Shown here one piece after another: positions 16,573-34,405 of a DNA stretch of 64,000 nt (positions within the stretch are counted from its first letter, which is position 1; each line of letters begins with the position of its first letter). The stretch comes from the human T2T-CHM13v2.0 reference genome, Homo sapiens. The notes beneath the pieces are model-generated. The model ran no database searches. It saw nothing but the letters and a program-made list of their open reading frames with translations, and had not been told where the DNA came from. The stretch is taken from the NCBI RefSeq assembly GCF_009914755.1, contig NC_060927.1, one strand, 5' to 3'. A program made the translations under genes and the position numbers.

Positions 16573-16995
16573 GGATGCTGTTTTGAAGTCAAGCTTTAAA
16601 AATTTCATTTGCAAGTGTTTGTTGCTAATGTCTGAAACTGCAGTTGACTCTGGTCTATTAACTTGTATCCTGTGATCTTGCTAAATTCACTTATTGCTCT
16701 TACTAGTTGTTATTTTCACTAGTGTGTGTAGATTCCTTAGAATTTTCAATATGGCCTGTACTGTCATTAGGAAATAGAGACCACTTTACTTCTTTCTTTG
16801 TGATCTTTATACCTTTTATTTATTTATTTATTTAGTTTGCTTATTGCAATGTATATGCTACAGTAGGAGGCACATACTTGAGTTAATGCTGTTAAGTGTT
16901 CACATTGTGAGAGGACTGTTTATATCCTCACTTAGAAATTCCAGATACAATGTTAGAGAATTTGATTATTAGAAAATTGTTTAAGTTAACAATCT

Positions 16996-17174
16996 TTATT
17001 GGAGTTTTAAACAATTATTGGAATTTTAAACAATTTTTTGGAATTTAAAAAATTTTATTGGAATTTAAACAAATTTTAAACAAATAAATTTTAAACAAAC
17101 AAATTTTAAACAATTTTTATTGGAATTTAAACAAATTTTAAACAAAATTATTGGAATTTTAAACAATTTTTAAA
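16996..17174. repeat. AT-rich degenerate minisatellite, unit approx. ttattggaattttaaacaa
   Basis: Nine ttaaacaa and five attgga copies in about 180 bp. Confidence 0.9.
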
Positions 17175-17723
17175 TATATTTGTAATAAACATCAATGTTT
17201 GTTTTGATATTGTACTTTGTGCTCTACTGAAATGCACTGTAAGGAATTTTGTAAGGTATTTATTGGCAATTTTGACAGGCATTCAAAAGTTAGTTTTACA
17301 TTATTTTATTATTATTATTTTTATTATTTGGACAGGTGAGACTAACCATAGCTTAAGAAAATCCACTTCCTTTGAGGAAAGGTTGGCTAATTTTGTAGCC
17401 TAAGTTTACAGAAAAGCATGTTAAGCAAAGTGAGAGAAAACAAGAGATGAAATTAAGATAGAAAATCAAGTATCTAAAATTCAGACATATCCTTGACTGT
17501 TCATTGTAGCAGTATGTCTTTAACTAAATAATATTATGTGCTTTGAAATGTGGCATAGAGGGATAAAAGGAGAAATAGATTCAACTCTAACACTTCCATG
17601 CTGTGTGAACTTGGGTAAGTGACCTATCCTTAGTTTTTTTTTTTTTTTTTGATACTGTTAAGTAGAAATAACAATAAGCAACTTGCAGTGGTTAGCATTA
17701 GAAATAATATACATATACATAAG

Positions 17724-18001
17724 ATGGGCATGGTGGCTCACACCTGTAATCCCAACACTTTAGGAGGCTTAAGTGGGCGGATTGCTTGAGCCCAGGAGTT
17801 TGAGACCAGCCTAGGCAACATGGCAAAACCCTATCTCTACAAGAAATGCAAAAATTAGCTGGGTATGGTGGCACGTGCCTATAGTCCCAGCTACTTGGGA
17901 AGCTGAAGTGGGAGGATCTTGGGCCCAGGAGACTGAGGCTGCAGTGAGCCGGGATCCTGCCATTACACTCCAGCCTGGGGAACAGAGTGAGACGCTGTTG
18001 A

Positions 18002-18040
<39 letters not shown>

Positions 18041-18045
18041 AAAGA
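17724..18045 (+). mobile_element. AluJ-like with (AAC)n tail at 18003-18040
   Basis: Sense dimer; tail expanded as aac repeats. Confidence 0.9.
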
Positions 18046-18147
18046 AAGAAAGAGAGAGAGAAAGAGAACAATATACATGAAGCATATCAGACATGCAATA
18101 ACGTGCATTATAAGATTTCATCCTTTATTATGTACTTATTGTTATTG

Positions 18148-18660
<513 letters not shown>

Positions 18661-18875
18661 TTTCTTTCTTCTATCTTTCTCTTCCTTTGCTCTATTGTCA
18701 GACAAGCATGTTTATTTCCTAGAGCCTCTGAGGTGAGAACCTCACTGTGAACGTAGCCAGCATTTGGGAAACGATTGCTCGGCTGTCCATAGGAGCACTT
18801 GGAGCCAGGGCTGGGGTGAAGCCACCGCTGTGGGTGTCTGTGGAGCTGCCGAATAGTCATTGATGATGACTACAG

Positions 18876-19403
18876 TGTTGTGACCAAGCGAGTTACAGAG
18901 AAACGCCACACTTTGAGACAAATTAAAGAGTCCTTTATTAGCTGGCGACCGAGAGGCAGCTAACGCTAAAAATTCTCTCGGCCCCTGAGGAAGGGGCTAG
19001 TTTTGTTTCTATACTGTGGTCTAAATAGGCGAGGGGGGATTTTAGCTGAAGCAATTTTTACAGAAGCAGAACTGGCAAAAAGTTAAAAAATTAATTGGTT
19101 ACAAATGTAGTTACAAAAAATAAACAGTTCCAGGTGCAGGGGCTTAAACTATCACAAAGAGATAAATGCAGGGGTTTTGGGTGCCATCCACCGAGCGCGT
19201 CCTCAGGAGCTGGCGGTGCAGCTTGCCTCAATATCTTATCAGTAGGTACATTCCTGGACGTGCTTTGAGTCAGTTTACACTAGTTACGCCTTAAGGGAGG
19301 GGGGTGAAAGGGGGCTGCAAGTGAAGAAACTAAAATGGAGTCTGTCCGGCTCTCTGTCTGCTAGGACAGAGTCACTTGGGTTAAAACAAGGTAGGGTATC
19401 ACA
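18876..19403 (-). mobile_element. ERV1 solo LTR, LTR6A/LTR6B-like (HERV-S71/HERV-T)
   Basis: TG...CA ends, flanks acag/gcag, CpG-rich, minus-strand AATAAA (tttatt ~18934); gcgagtta...aaacgccacactttgagac...aaaattctctcggcccc matches recalled LTR6 consensus. Confidence 0.78.
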
Positions 19404-19530
19404 GCAGGAGCCTCGGTGGCCCTTTGCCAGGCCTTGTCTTCAGCGTTTGCCTTCCTTCCCTTTCCCTCTTTCTACATCTGACTACTGGGCTAGGTGTCGT
19501 CGGCTAATGTACTTTTTCTCTTTCTTCTAG

Positions 19531-19656
19531 AATTCTGAAGGTGGACTCTATGTATGCATGAATACATTTTTGGCCTTTGGAAGGGAACATGTTGAAAGAC
19601 ATTTTCGAAAAACTGGACAGAGTGTATACATGCACCTGAAAAGACATGTGCGAGAG
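19531..19656 (+). CDS. USP13: USP13 coding exon 2 (126 nt), [42 protein letters not shown]
   Basis: Polypyrimidine tract + ttctag acceptor, GAG|gtgaga donor, phase 0/0; translation matches USP13 N-terminal region as recalled. Confidence 0.97.
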
Positions 19657-21042
19657 GTGAGAGCGGCACTTTCAGAGAACTGGCCTTGATGTCTTCCCTG
19701 TAACGTTGTCTCAGTGTGCTTTCTCACGTGGAAATTTGACCATGCCCACATAACTTCCGATTCCCTTTGACGATGAGAAACAAAAACAGCACTGCTTGCA
19801 AAATCCAGAGAGTCTCCCAAACCTTATCGTAACCAGTTTTATTTTTCTTCCTCTAAACTTCTGATTGGTGTTTTTAAGAATACATAGATTGACTAATTGG
19901 AAAAAAAAAAAAAACCGAAACTAGGTTTAAAAATACAGAAAAGTACAGAGACACCCATGGATCTAAAAATCATAAAAAAAAAACCATTTGAATGTTCCTG
20001 CTTCAGATGTGTTTTGTTTTGTTTTTTAGTATAAGAAATAGAGCTTAAAAATTCAAGTTCCTTTTGTCCCTCTCCCTCGCCAGAAGTAACCACTGCTTTG
20101 AACTTTTTCTGTGTCATGCATGCCATTATATTTTATTAACAAATGCATATTCAAGAACAATATATAGTATAACTTTATATGTTTTAAAGATGTAGATAAA
20201 TGCTATCATACGCCTAACTATAATTCTGTGAAGAGTTTTTCCCCTCAGCATCCAAATGTTTCATTTCTTTTGGAATCTGTCCATGTCGAGATACATCTGG
20301 ATGTATTTAATTCATTTCAATAGTTTGGTTTTTCATCTTATGAGTACCTTGTAATTTATTTTCTTCTCGTATTGATGAACATTTAGATCATTTCTATTTT
20401 TTGCTACTGTAAAGAATGCAGCAATTAACATTTTTATACACTTCACCTGGGGGTACATGTGCCAGAGTTCTTCAGGAAATAGATCTGGAAGTGGTAGTGC
20501 AGGCTCATGTTATGCTTATCTTTGTTTTTATTAGATAGTGCCAAGTCTCTCCCCAGAGTGATTGTACCTATTTACACTCTGATCTGCAATAATTATGATT
20601 TCTTGCTTTCCCACACCCTCACCAACCCTTGGTCAGAGTTCTGTTTTTGCCAAATATTTAGATGAAGTGGCATCTAAATATTTGGCACATCTCTTTGTAC
20701 TTTCTATTCTGGTTTTTTTTTTTTCTTGTTGGATTTGCCTATTTATATTTTTGGCCTATTTCTTTATGGATTTATCTTTTTCTTATAAGTGTGATGAGTT
20801 ATTTTTACATTCTGGATACCAAACCTTTGTTTGTTACATACTAGATTTCCTTTGAGTCTGTGCCTTACTAAATTTCCTTTGAGTCTGTGGCTTGTCGTTT
20901 TACTTTGTTTATGAATTATTTTGTAGAATAGAAGTTGTAAGTTTTGAATTAGTTAGATTTACTAAACTTTTTGTCGTATGAGTTGTGCTTTTTGTATCTT
21001 GTCTAAGAAATTGTTTCCTACCTCAAGGTCATAAAGACATTT

Positions 21043-21410
21043 TATACTAGTCTGTTTTCAGTTGCTGATAAAGACATACTTAAGATTGGGCAATTTACAA
21101 AAGAAAGAGGTTTAACAGACTTACAGTTCCATGTGGCTGGGGAGGTGTCACAATCATGGTAGAAGGCAAAAAGGAGCAAGTCACATCTTACGTGGATGGT
21201 AGCAGGCAAAGAGAGAGCTTGTGCAGGGAAATTCCCATTTTTAAAACCATCAGATCTCATGAGACTCGTTCACTATCATGAGAACAGTGCAGGAAAGACC
21301 CGCCCCCATAATTCAATCACCTCCCACCGGATTCCTCCCATGACATGGGGGAATTGTGGGAGTTATAATTCCAGAGGAGATTTGAGTGGGGACACAGCCA
21401 AACTATATCA
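21043..21410 (-). mobile_element. THE1 (MaLR) solo LTR
   Basis: Ends ...gggacacagccaaactatatca; perfect 5-bp TSD cattt. Confidence 0.92.
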
Positions 21411-21517
21411 CATTTCTTACAGTTGTTTTTAAATTTTTATTTAAGTGTGTGTGAACGTGACTGTTTTAACATTTTAGGTCTTTAATCCATCTATAACTTA
21501 TTTTTGTATTTGTATGA

Positions 21518-22279
<762 letters not shown>

Positions 22280-23964
22280 TACCCTTTTTATATTTTAACT
22301 TGCTGTTCACATTTGGGTCTCTCTTCACTCTCTCAGTTGTGTTCTGTTGATCTTATTTGTCTGTCTCTGCATTGGTATGGCAAGCCTTGATATCTTTTAG
22401 TGCAAGCACTTTTTCCATGTTTATTTATTTTTCTTTCTTTTTTTTTTCTGATGCTGTGGTTGAAGCCATATTTATTTTTTTTTCCAGAATTTTCCTGGGT
22501 ATTTCTAGCCATTTATTTTTCTATATGGATTATGGAATTAGTTCATCTAGCTTAAAAAATCCTATTGGGATTTTGATGACAATCACATTGAATTTATAGA
22601 TTAACCTATAATCCACATCCTTGTGTAAGCTCTATGAGGGCAGGGACTTTCTTTGGTTTTGTCCACTGCTGTGTCCTTAGCACTTAACAGTGCCTAGCAT
22701 ATAGTAGGTGCTTCATAAATATTTATTAAGTATTTAACATATCGTACCTCTTTTTTCACATTTCCTTTTTGTCATTCAATAATTTTTGTAATTTTTTATA
22801 AAGGAACTCATATTTTGTTAGATTTTTTTTTTAGTACCCTATAATTTTTTTTTTAACCATTACTGCCATCCTTTATTTTTTACACATTAACTGGTTATTG
22901 ATGGTATTTGGAAATATTGTTAATTAATAAATGTTGATTTTATATTTAGCAATGCTGTTCAACTTTTACTTTAGTTATAATAGTTTGTGCACGATTTTGG
23001 ATCTTCTCAATGGTCAATGCTGATTTGAAGTTTCTCTAATTTCTCACCTTAGCCTTCCTAATACAGTCTCTGTTTAAGTTCCTAACAAAGAAGAGGGGGA
23101 GAGCAGGAGGAAGAGAATGAAGAAAGGCCAGAAAGTCAGATAAGGCATAAACTCAATGATCAGGTTCAAAATAATTTTGACTTGCTACTGAATGATTTCC
23201 ACTCACTAATTCTGTTAGGTGGTACCTAATAATTCTTGTGAAGTCTGTTTTGTGACTTAATATAAAGTGATGAAATTTTAGAAAACTAAAAAAAAAAAAA
23301 AAAGAAAGAAACAGAGGCCCAGAGACTTAGTAACTTGCTCAGGGTCACAAAGTTAGCAGCAGAACTGTGGAATGCTGGTAAACTTGTACAGTTAGCTCTG
23401 CCTCTGGAATTTTGAGTTAAATGTTTCACTCTCTGACCAAAATTTCTACTCATTTTTGCTCTTTCACTCATTTATTCCTATTTTGATCATTTGTTGTAGG
23501 TCCTGAAGACCTTCAGGCCCGTGACTTGTTTAGCTTACTTCTCATGATTCATTTTTTTCAACATTCTGTAATCCACAGCACCCTGAACTGACTTTTATTC
23601 TCCTGTCTTGCCTCCTTAACTGTCCTGCAGAACTCCAAACAGTTGCTCCATTGATGTCACTGTCTACTTCCATGCACAGACTGCTGGAAACCCCACACTA
23701 TGATGGGTTTGAGCGTGTCACATTTTGGGCCTTTCCTCTTCCATTGCGCCCTCTCCCTGCCCAGCAAACCTTCTAGTCTGTATCCTGTCCCACTCCCGTG
23801 AGTGGCCATTCTAACCTTTGGATGCTTTCCTTAAGCCTTTTCTATACATTCCTTGGTATCCTCATCATACTCATAAAATTATCTTGACTTGTACTTTGCA
23901 GGAAAAAAGGGAATCCCTGGACAGGAACTCACTTAACTTATTCCTTGTGTCCTGGAAGCTCACT

Positions 23965-24250
23965 CAGTGGCTCACACCTGTCATCCCAGTGCTTTGGGAG
24001 GCCAAGGTGGGAGCCTGGCTTGAGGACAGGAGTTTGAGACCACCCTGGGCAACATAGTGAGACTCCGTCTTGACAAAAAATAAAATAATTAGCCTGGAAT
24101 GGTGGCGCATGCCTTAGTCTCAGCTACTTGGGAGGCTGAGGCGGGAGGAATACTTGAGCCCAGGAATTTCAGGTTACAGAGTGAGCTATTATCAGGCCAC
24201 TGTACACCTGAGCAACAGAGTGAGACTCTGTCTCTTAGAAAAACAAAACC
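23965..24250 (+). mobile_element. AluJ-like
   Basis: Diverged sense dimer. Confidence 0.85.
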
Positions 24251-24939
24251 AACGCCACACAACCATCTTTCTAATTTGTGTCCTTCTTCAGTCATTGCAT
24301 TCTTTTATTAAAAGCTTCTTTAAAAACTTTTCTGATCTGGTCTGTACTACATCTGCCACTAAGACTCAACATTGCAGTCTGATCTTGTTAATCCACTAAC
24401 ACTGCCCAGGTTGTCAGTCACCTCTTAGGTGTCACACTTGGTGGATATGTTTTAGCTCTAATGTTACTTGACTTTTTGAGTATTTGCATGTTTGAGCTTG
24501 TTTTCCTTTGGAACTGTTCCTCTCCTGTTTTCTTTGACACCATTCTTTCTTGGCTTCCGCTTATCCTTTCTCAGTTTCTTTCACCAACATCTCTTCCTTT
24601 GTTTACCTCTTAGTTATCGGCATTTCCTAGGATGCCATTTGGCCATCCTGTCTTCTTCCTCAGAAGGATACTTTTCTTCATCAGGGTTATCTATATTTTT
24701 GTTTAACCACTTTCTCTAAGCTGATGACATTCAAATTAATATCTCTCTGGAGGTGAAGATCTGATCATCTTATTCTGATCTGGATTTTTCTACTCCAGCA
24801 TTTCATAGGTACTTCAAGGTTGGTGTGCCCAGACTGAACACAGTATTCTCTTGCTAAAAAATTTCCTTCCTCTTCAATTCTGGAGACCTAGATATTCTTT
24901 GATCTGCTTTCCCTCTGTGTCTTACTGGTGATCTTGTTA

Positions 24940-25377
<438 letters not shown>

Positions 25378-25747
25378 CTAACCTTCCTTCCCTCAAACTT
25401 GCTGCCTTCAATCCCACCCAGTCTGCACACTGCTCCCAGAGCCATCTTTCCAAATGCACATATCTATGGCACACTGGCACTTAAATCTCTGATGTTTCTC
25501 CCTCTTCTACAGGATGAAGTCCAAACTCTTTTGCATGTAATTATAAGGTGCTCATGATCTGGAGCCTGCAGCCTTTCTAACCCTCACTCTTATTTCACCA
25601 AGTTTGTGCTCCAGACATAGCAAATCACTTCTTCTTTCTGGAGCACACTGTGATTTTATGCTTTTGTGTATGCTGTTTTCTCTGTCTAGGATGTCTTACT
25701 TCTATCCCCACTCCCCTCTTACCTGTTTTACTCCCTGTAATCAGGAT

Positions 25748-25940
25748 ATCCATCCATCCATCCATCCGTCCATCCATCCATCCATCCATCCATCCATCCA
25801 TCCATCCATCCATCCATATATCCATCCATCCATCCGTATATCCATCCATCCGTATATCCATCCATCCATCCATTCATCAATCCATCCATCCATCCATCCA
25901 TCCATCCATCCATCCATCCATCCATCCATCCATCTATCCA
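25748..25940. repeat. (CATC)n tetranucleotide microsatellite, about 190 bp, interrupted
   Basis: Direct reading. Confidence 0.97.
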
Positions 25941-27074
25941 ACAAATATTTACTCAGTAGCTGCTATATGCCAGGATTGCTGCTGCTCTTACCAGCCCTGC
26001 CCACACCCTTTTCCTCAAATGAACTGCTCATTTCCTCCTTACGATATGACTGTGCCTTTTTTGAATCTTTCTTAGCACTCATCAGAATCTGTGGTACCAT
26101 TTGTTTACATATATGCTCCCCTACTATGCTGGCTAGCTCCTTAAAAGATGGAACATGTCTTCATTCAGTTGGAAGTCTGAGCTCCAGCATAGAATCTGAC
26201 ACATGGGCACAGTCATATTTGCTGATGGAGGAGTTTTATTTTCTCAAACCTTGTTGATTTTGGTTGTTGACTGATGCAGAGGTGATGGTCTTTAGAAGGA
26301 GGTTCTACTTTTTTGCAAGTCTAAGATGTGAATCTCACAGTCTGGGACAGGCTTGTGTTCTAGCAAGTTTTCATGCAACCCCTCCTTGTTATCCTTCCGG
26401 CATCATGCAGGAAGGGAGGAGGCAGTGAGACTAAAATAATTAAAAGGACACCATACAATTCTGTAGAGAGATTTCAGGGGACCTCCAGGATTGTTAAAGG
26501 TGCTTTGCAATAGGTTTTATTTCATCCCTTTTTGAAGCAGTTAAGTGGAAAGGGGGAAGAAAGAGGCTCTGAGATAATAGAGGAGCGACTCTAAGAGAGG
26601 AGATGTGCATTTGGCATCAGTATTTGGAGGGACAGGTTTTTGAGAAAGTGTTCTGTAATGCAGATTCCTAAGATGTGAACTGTAAACCTGTAGTAGAAGC
26701 TGTAAAAACTTAATGTGAGAATCACAAGGATGAGTCAGCCTTCAAAGTCAACTATTAAAATGTGAGAAAGCAGACTTAGGACTCATGAGAGGACAAACTG
26801 AGAAGCAGAAAATGTGCAGCAAGGTCTCGACACCTGTGGCTGCTTGGAATGATGCGGCGTTAAACCCACACATGGTGGTCTGCTGGAAACATGCTTTTTT
26901 CTAGTAACTGAAAAAACATACACTGTGGAAATATGGTTTTGGCATTATACTTGATTTGAGAGTAAAATGTTTTGTGTGAGCATCAGATGAATGGCCTCTT
27001 TTGTATTACCACTCGATGGGCATTTTATTTCATTACTGCTGATGGCTTCCATCATAGGTAGAAAATACACGATG

Positions 27075-27385
27075 CTGGGTGGGGTGCGGTGGCTCACACC
27101 TGTAATCCCAGCACTTTGGGAGGCCGAGGTGGGCAGATCACGAGGTCAGGAGTTCAAGACCAGCCTGACCAACACAGTGAAACCCCGTCTCTACTAAAAA
27201 TATTAAAAATTAGCTGGGTGTGGTGGCAGCCGCTTGTAATCTCAGCTACTCGGGAGGTTGAGGCAGGAGACTCGCTTGAACCCAGGAGGCGGAGGTTGCT
27301 GTGAGCCGAGACTGCGCCACTGCACTACAGCCTGGGCGACTGTGTGAGACTCCATCTCAAAAAAAAAAGCCAAAAAAAAAGAAAA
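27075..27385 (+). mobile_element. AluSg-like
   Basis: TSD gaaaatacacgatgct. Confidence 0.92.
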
Positions 27386-27941
27386 TACACGATGCTTACG
27401 ATGGCAAACATAGCCACTTGTCGGTGCTCCAAAAATGTTTAGGGAGGTTAGATTGAGATTTCACATGACCAGACTATCAATGACTATTGATATTTATTAA
27501 GCCTTTCAACAGTAGTTGTTAGGCATGCCCAGGGCCAAGCACTAGAGACCCACTGGGTAAGCAGGAGAATAAGATCCTCACCTTCTGGAGCCCCATCATC
27601 TTTCCTGAGTTTTTCAATGTCAGGCCTGGGCTCCTGCCCTCTTGGGAGCAGGTGCTGATTTGAAATTTAAGTATCGACTTCACCTTGATCCCTGGTTTCC
27701 ATTTCTTTTTCCAGAAGCGTTTTCTTTATAATTTAATAAAAATAAGCAGGTGGATAGCATTGCCCTTCACCTACCTGCATTAACCTGGGTCAGTTCCCTG
27801 TTTATCCTGGAATTGCTAATCTAGATGGAATATTTCTTCTTGGCCTTCTGTAAAAACTAGGAACCTCTGAGATGTGCTTTTCCCTCACAAAGATGTTTAT
27901 TTTATAGGCCGCATTTTAATGATCTTTTGTTTTCTTTTCAG

Positions 27942-28002
27942 AAGGTAAGAGGGGCGTCTGGTGGAGCGTTACCAAAAAGGAGGAATTCCAAGATTTTTTT
28001 AG
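27942..28002 (+). CDS. USP13: USP13 coding exon 3 (61 nt), KVRGASGGALPKRRNSKIFL
   Basis: ttttcag acceptor, TAG|gtaaat donor, phase 0/1; continues frame of exon 2. Confidence 0.95.
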
Positions 28003-28247
28003 GTAAATAGTTATCAGTAGCATGCTCAGATTTTGTGTTTGTGTGTGTGTATATGTGCATACTCATGTGCATCTTTGATTTAGAGTAATAGGTTGTTTAT
28101 TGCTGTACAATTTAAGGATGAGAGGCACAGATTTAAGGCCCGCCTCCACTTTGCGTTTACCTACCAGTGAAGTGTGCTTTTAGCCCTCTTAGTTGGGTTT
28201 AGTGCTTTGAAGCAATTATACTTACAGTGACTTGAGAGTAATTATAA

Positions 28248-28885
<638 letters not shown>

Positions 28886-28889
28886 AAGT

Positions 28890-29490
28890 CAATTTTTTTC
28901 TTTTTATTTCTAAAATTAGCCAAACTACAGACTTCATTCAGATTTCATAATTTTTCTCCCGCTCATGTCCTTTCTTTGTTACAAGATATGATCCAGGGTT
29001 CCGCATTGTATTCAGTTGTCATGTTTCTTTAATCCTTTCCAGACTCTGATCATTCTTCAGTTTTTCTTTGTCTTTAATAATTGTGACACTTTTGAAGAGT
29101 GCTGGTCAGTTATTTTGTAGACTAGACCTCAGTTTGGCTTTATCTGATGTTTTCTCATGAAAAATGTGAAGTATGTACGTATGCATTTTTGGAAAGAATC
29201 CTACAGAGATAGTGTGCCCTTCTTAGTGCATGGTATCAGGGGTACATGATGTTAACATGTTGTCATACTGGTCATGCTGAACTTGATCATTGTTAAGGTA
29301 GTGTCTGCTGGGTTTCTTCACTGTAAAGTTATAGTGTAATTAAGAAATATTTTGAGAGTGATACTTTGAGACTGTGCTAAATATTTTGTTTCTCCTCAAA
29401 GTTTTGCTCACTAATTTTAGCATCAGTGGACCTTGCCTGCAATAATGATGGCTCTAGTGTTTGACTAATGGTGATTTGAAAATTTCCCTT
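28890..29490 (-). mobile_element. L1MC-like 3' fragment
   Basis: cagacttcattcagatttca...ttttgaagagtgctggtcagttattttgtaga...gggtttcttcactgtaaagtta. Confidence 0.7.
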
Positions 29491-29704
29491 ATTGGAAGGG
29501 CCAGTTTTGTTTATGCAAGTGACTACTGATTTCTATATCATATAATTATGGTCATATTAAGCTTCTGATATGGTTTTCTCAAGCGAAAAAGTGGTTTGAT
29601 AATATTTGACCAAACAAGTTTATGTGCCTAAATGCCTCAGATTATTGTTTGAAAGGATTTGCAAAATTGTTTCCATAGTATGATTTCATTTTTGTAAAAA
29701 AATC

Positions 29705-29830
29705 CTATACATACATATACATATGTATATACAGATATAGACATGTATATGTATGTATGCATGCATGTATGAATGTATATCTGTGTGTGTGCACACACTT
29801 CTACACACACATACACATGTGTACATATAT
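29705..29830. repeat. Mixed (TA)/(CA)/(TG) low-complexity repeat
   Basis: Alternating purine-pyrimidine tract. Confidence 0.85.
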
Positions 29831-30843
29831 AACTGGGAGATCAGAAGAGTCTGGAAGAATACTCCAAACTGTTAATAGTAGCTCTTTCCCGGTAATAGAA
29901 TGGAAGTGATTCTGATTTTCATCTTTTTGCTTCTCTATATTTAAACTTTTTCTGTAACAAACATGTTACTGTGATGAAAAGACACATGAATTATTTGAAA
30001 AGTGAAGCCATTGAAAACTGTTGTGGAGCTGAGTTTCTTTCCTGGTTTGATTCTCAGTTACTCTGTGCTGGATCCAACCTTGCTGTCTTCTCCTGCTTCT
30101 CAGCTCATGCTTTTCTGTACGAGGCTTATCTGCAGTTGGTTCTTCTACCTTGGCCAATCTTCCTTACTTCTCAACCTGTCTTTGGACCACAACCCAGTTT
30201 AACCAACTAAACCCAAACCAAGCTAGCATGAACCCCAAAGCTGAAATTATTGAATATCTTCTGATGCTTTGGTTATTAGTCTTCCAGCACCTTTGCACTA
30301 ATATAGATCATATGATTTCATTTGAATTAAGTAACGTCAGCAGGTTCTTCTTGAAGGCAGAACTAACTAAACATTTCGACTTACCATTGTTAATTTTTAT
30401 TATTTTCTTTGGTTGAATGAAGAAGTTAGCTGACCTTGGCCTTTAATTTTTGTGTCTTCTTTTCATAAGACCTGGAGGTTTGATTTTTTTCTAGTGATTA
30501 TTTTGGTTGTAGAGGATATTGTCAGGAAACTGTTTTAGAAATTAATTTGAAAGTTAGCACTGAGGTTTTGTGCTTCAAACTGTGTGGACCCCTTCCTTCC
30601 ATTCTTCCGTAGGGGACTACCTACCATTTTGTTTCAGTGAGGCTTTTTCTACAGGTTATTCTCTGTATTCAGGCAAGATTTCATATCTTAGAAAACCACA
30701 AGGTGCATATAGAACTCACAGCCCCAAAAAAGTGTTCTATGACTATATTAATTTAAAAATGAATGCCATTAGCCCCACATTCCATTTCTCCCTATTGTTT
30801 TATATCCAGGTTCTTTACAAATTTACCTCCGTCATCCCAGTAG

Positions 30844-32780
<1,937 letters not shown>

Positions 32781-33559
32781 GACTCTTTCCCTCAAAGGGA
32801 TGCTGGGATTGTTTCCTCATGGAGAGGAAGATAACTCAGAGCTCTCTTGCAGTTTCTCTGTTATTTTTTGGCTAGGAAGTACTATTTCACTGGTACTGAA
32901 ATGAAATTATGATGCTCCTTCTTCGGCTTCATGAAGCAGATGTAGGTGGCCAATGCTTTATCTTGGGTGGAGGTGTTTTATTCCCATTCATTTGATGACT
33001 TTGTGAATAATTCCTTTTCCATCAGCTCAACAGTGACATTGAAACCATTGAATCATTTGGTTACAACCTGCAATTGACTTTACAAGGGAAGCTGAGGCCA
33101 CTGGCTGGTGCCAAAAGGCTTCCTGGTGTCCTGAGCAGCACCCTGCCTCTCAGTGGTCAAATCACTTTCCCTCCATATTACTTTGATGTTCATTCAAGTG
33201 AAATGACCTCAGTACTAGCTTTTGCTGCTATTTTTTTTTTTTAACTAGCAACGACAATTATTGGTAATTGAAAAATCATTTAAATTCTATACTTTTAAAA
33301 CATTTAGGATTAAAATTTTTTTTCAATATGTACCTCATGGGTAAAGCTTAAAATTGAGAAGTTATAAAGGGCTCCTCAGTGAAAATTAAGTTTTTTTCCC
33401 CTCCCTTCCCTGTATCCTAGCCACTTGGTTACTGCCTCCAGAGACAAATTTTCTGTGTGTACATCTTTGTATATATTGTGTATTCTCTCAGCGATTGTCT
33501 ATACATAAGTAATGCTTTTAGATTTCTTTTTTCTGTAGTCCCTAGGGAGCCATTAACCC

Positions 33560-34405
<846 letters not shown>

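Noticed and set aside
16996-17174. CRISPR-like appearance of spaced repeats
   Set aside because: No unique spacers, irregular period, eukaryotic intron, no cas genes.
25604-26257. 217-aa ORF and overlapping MDGW/HPSI-repeat ORFs
   Set aside because: Stop-free only because they cross the (CATC)n microsatellite.
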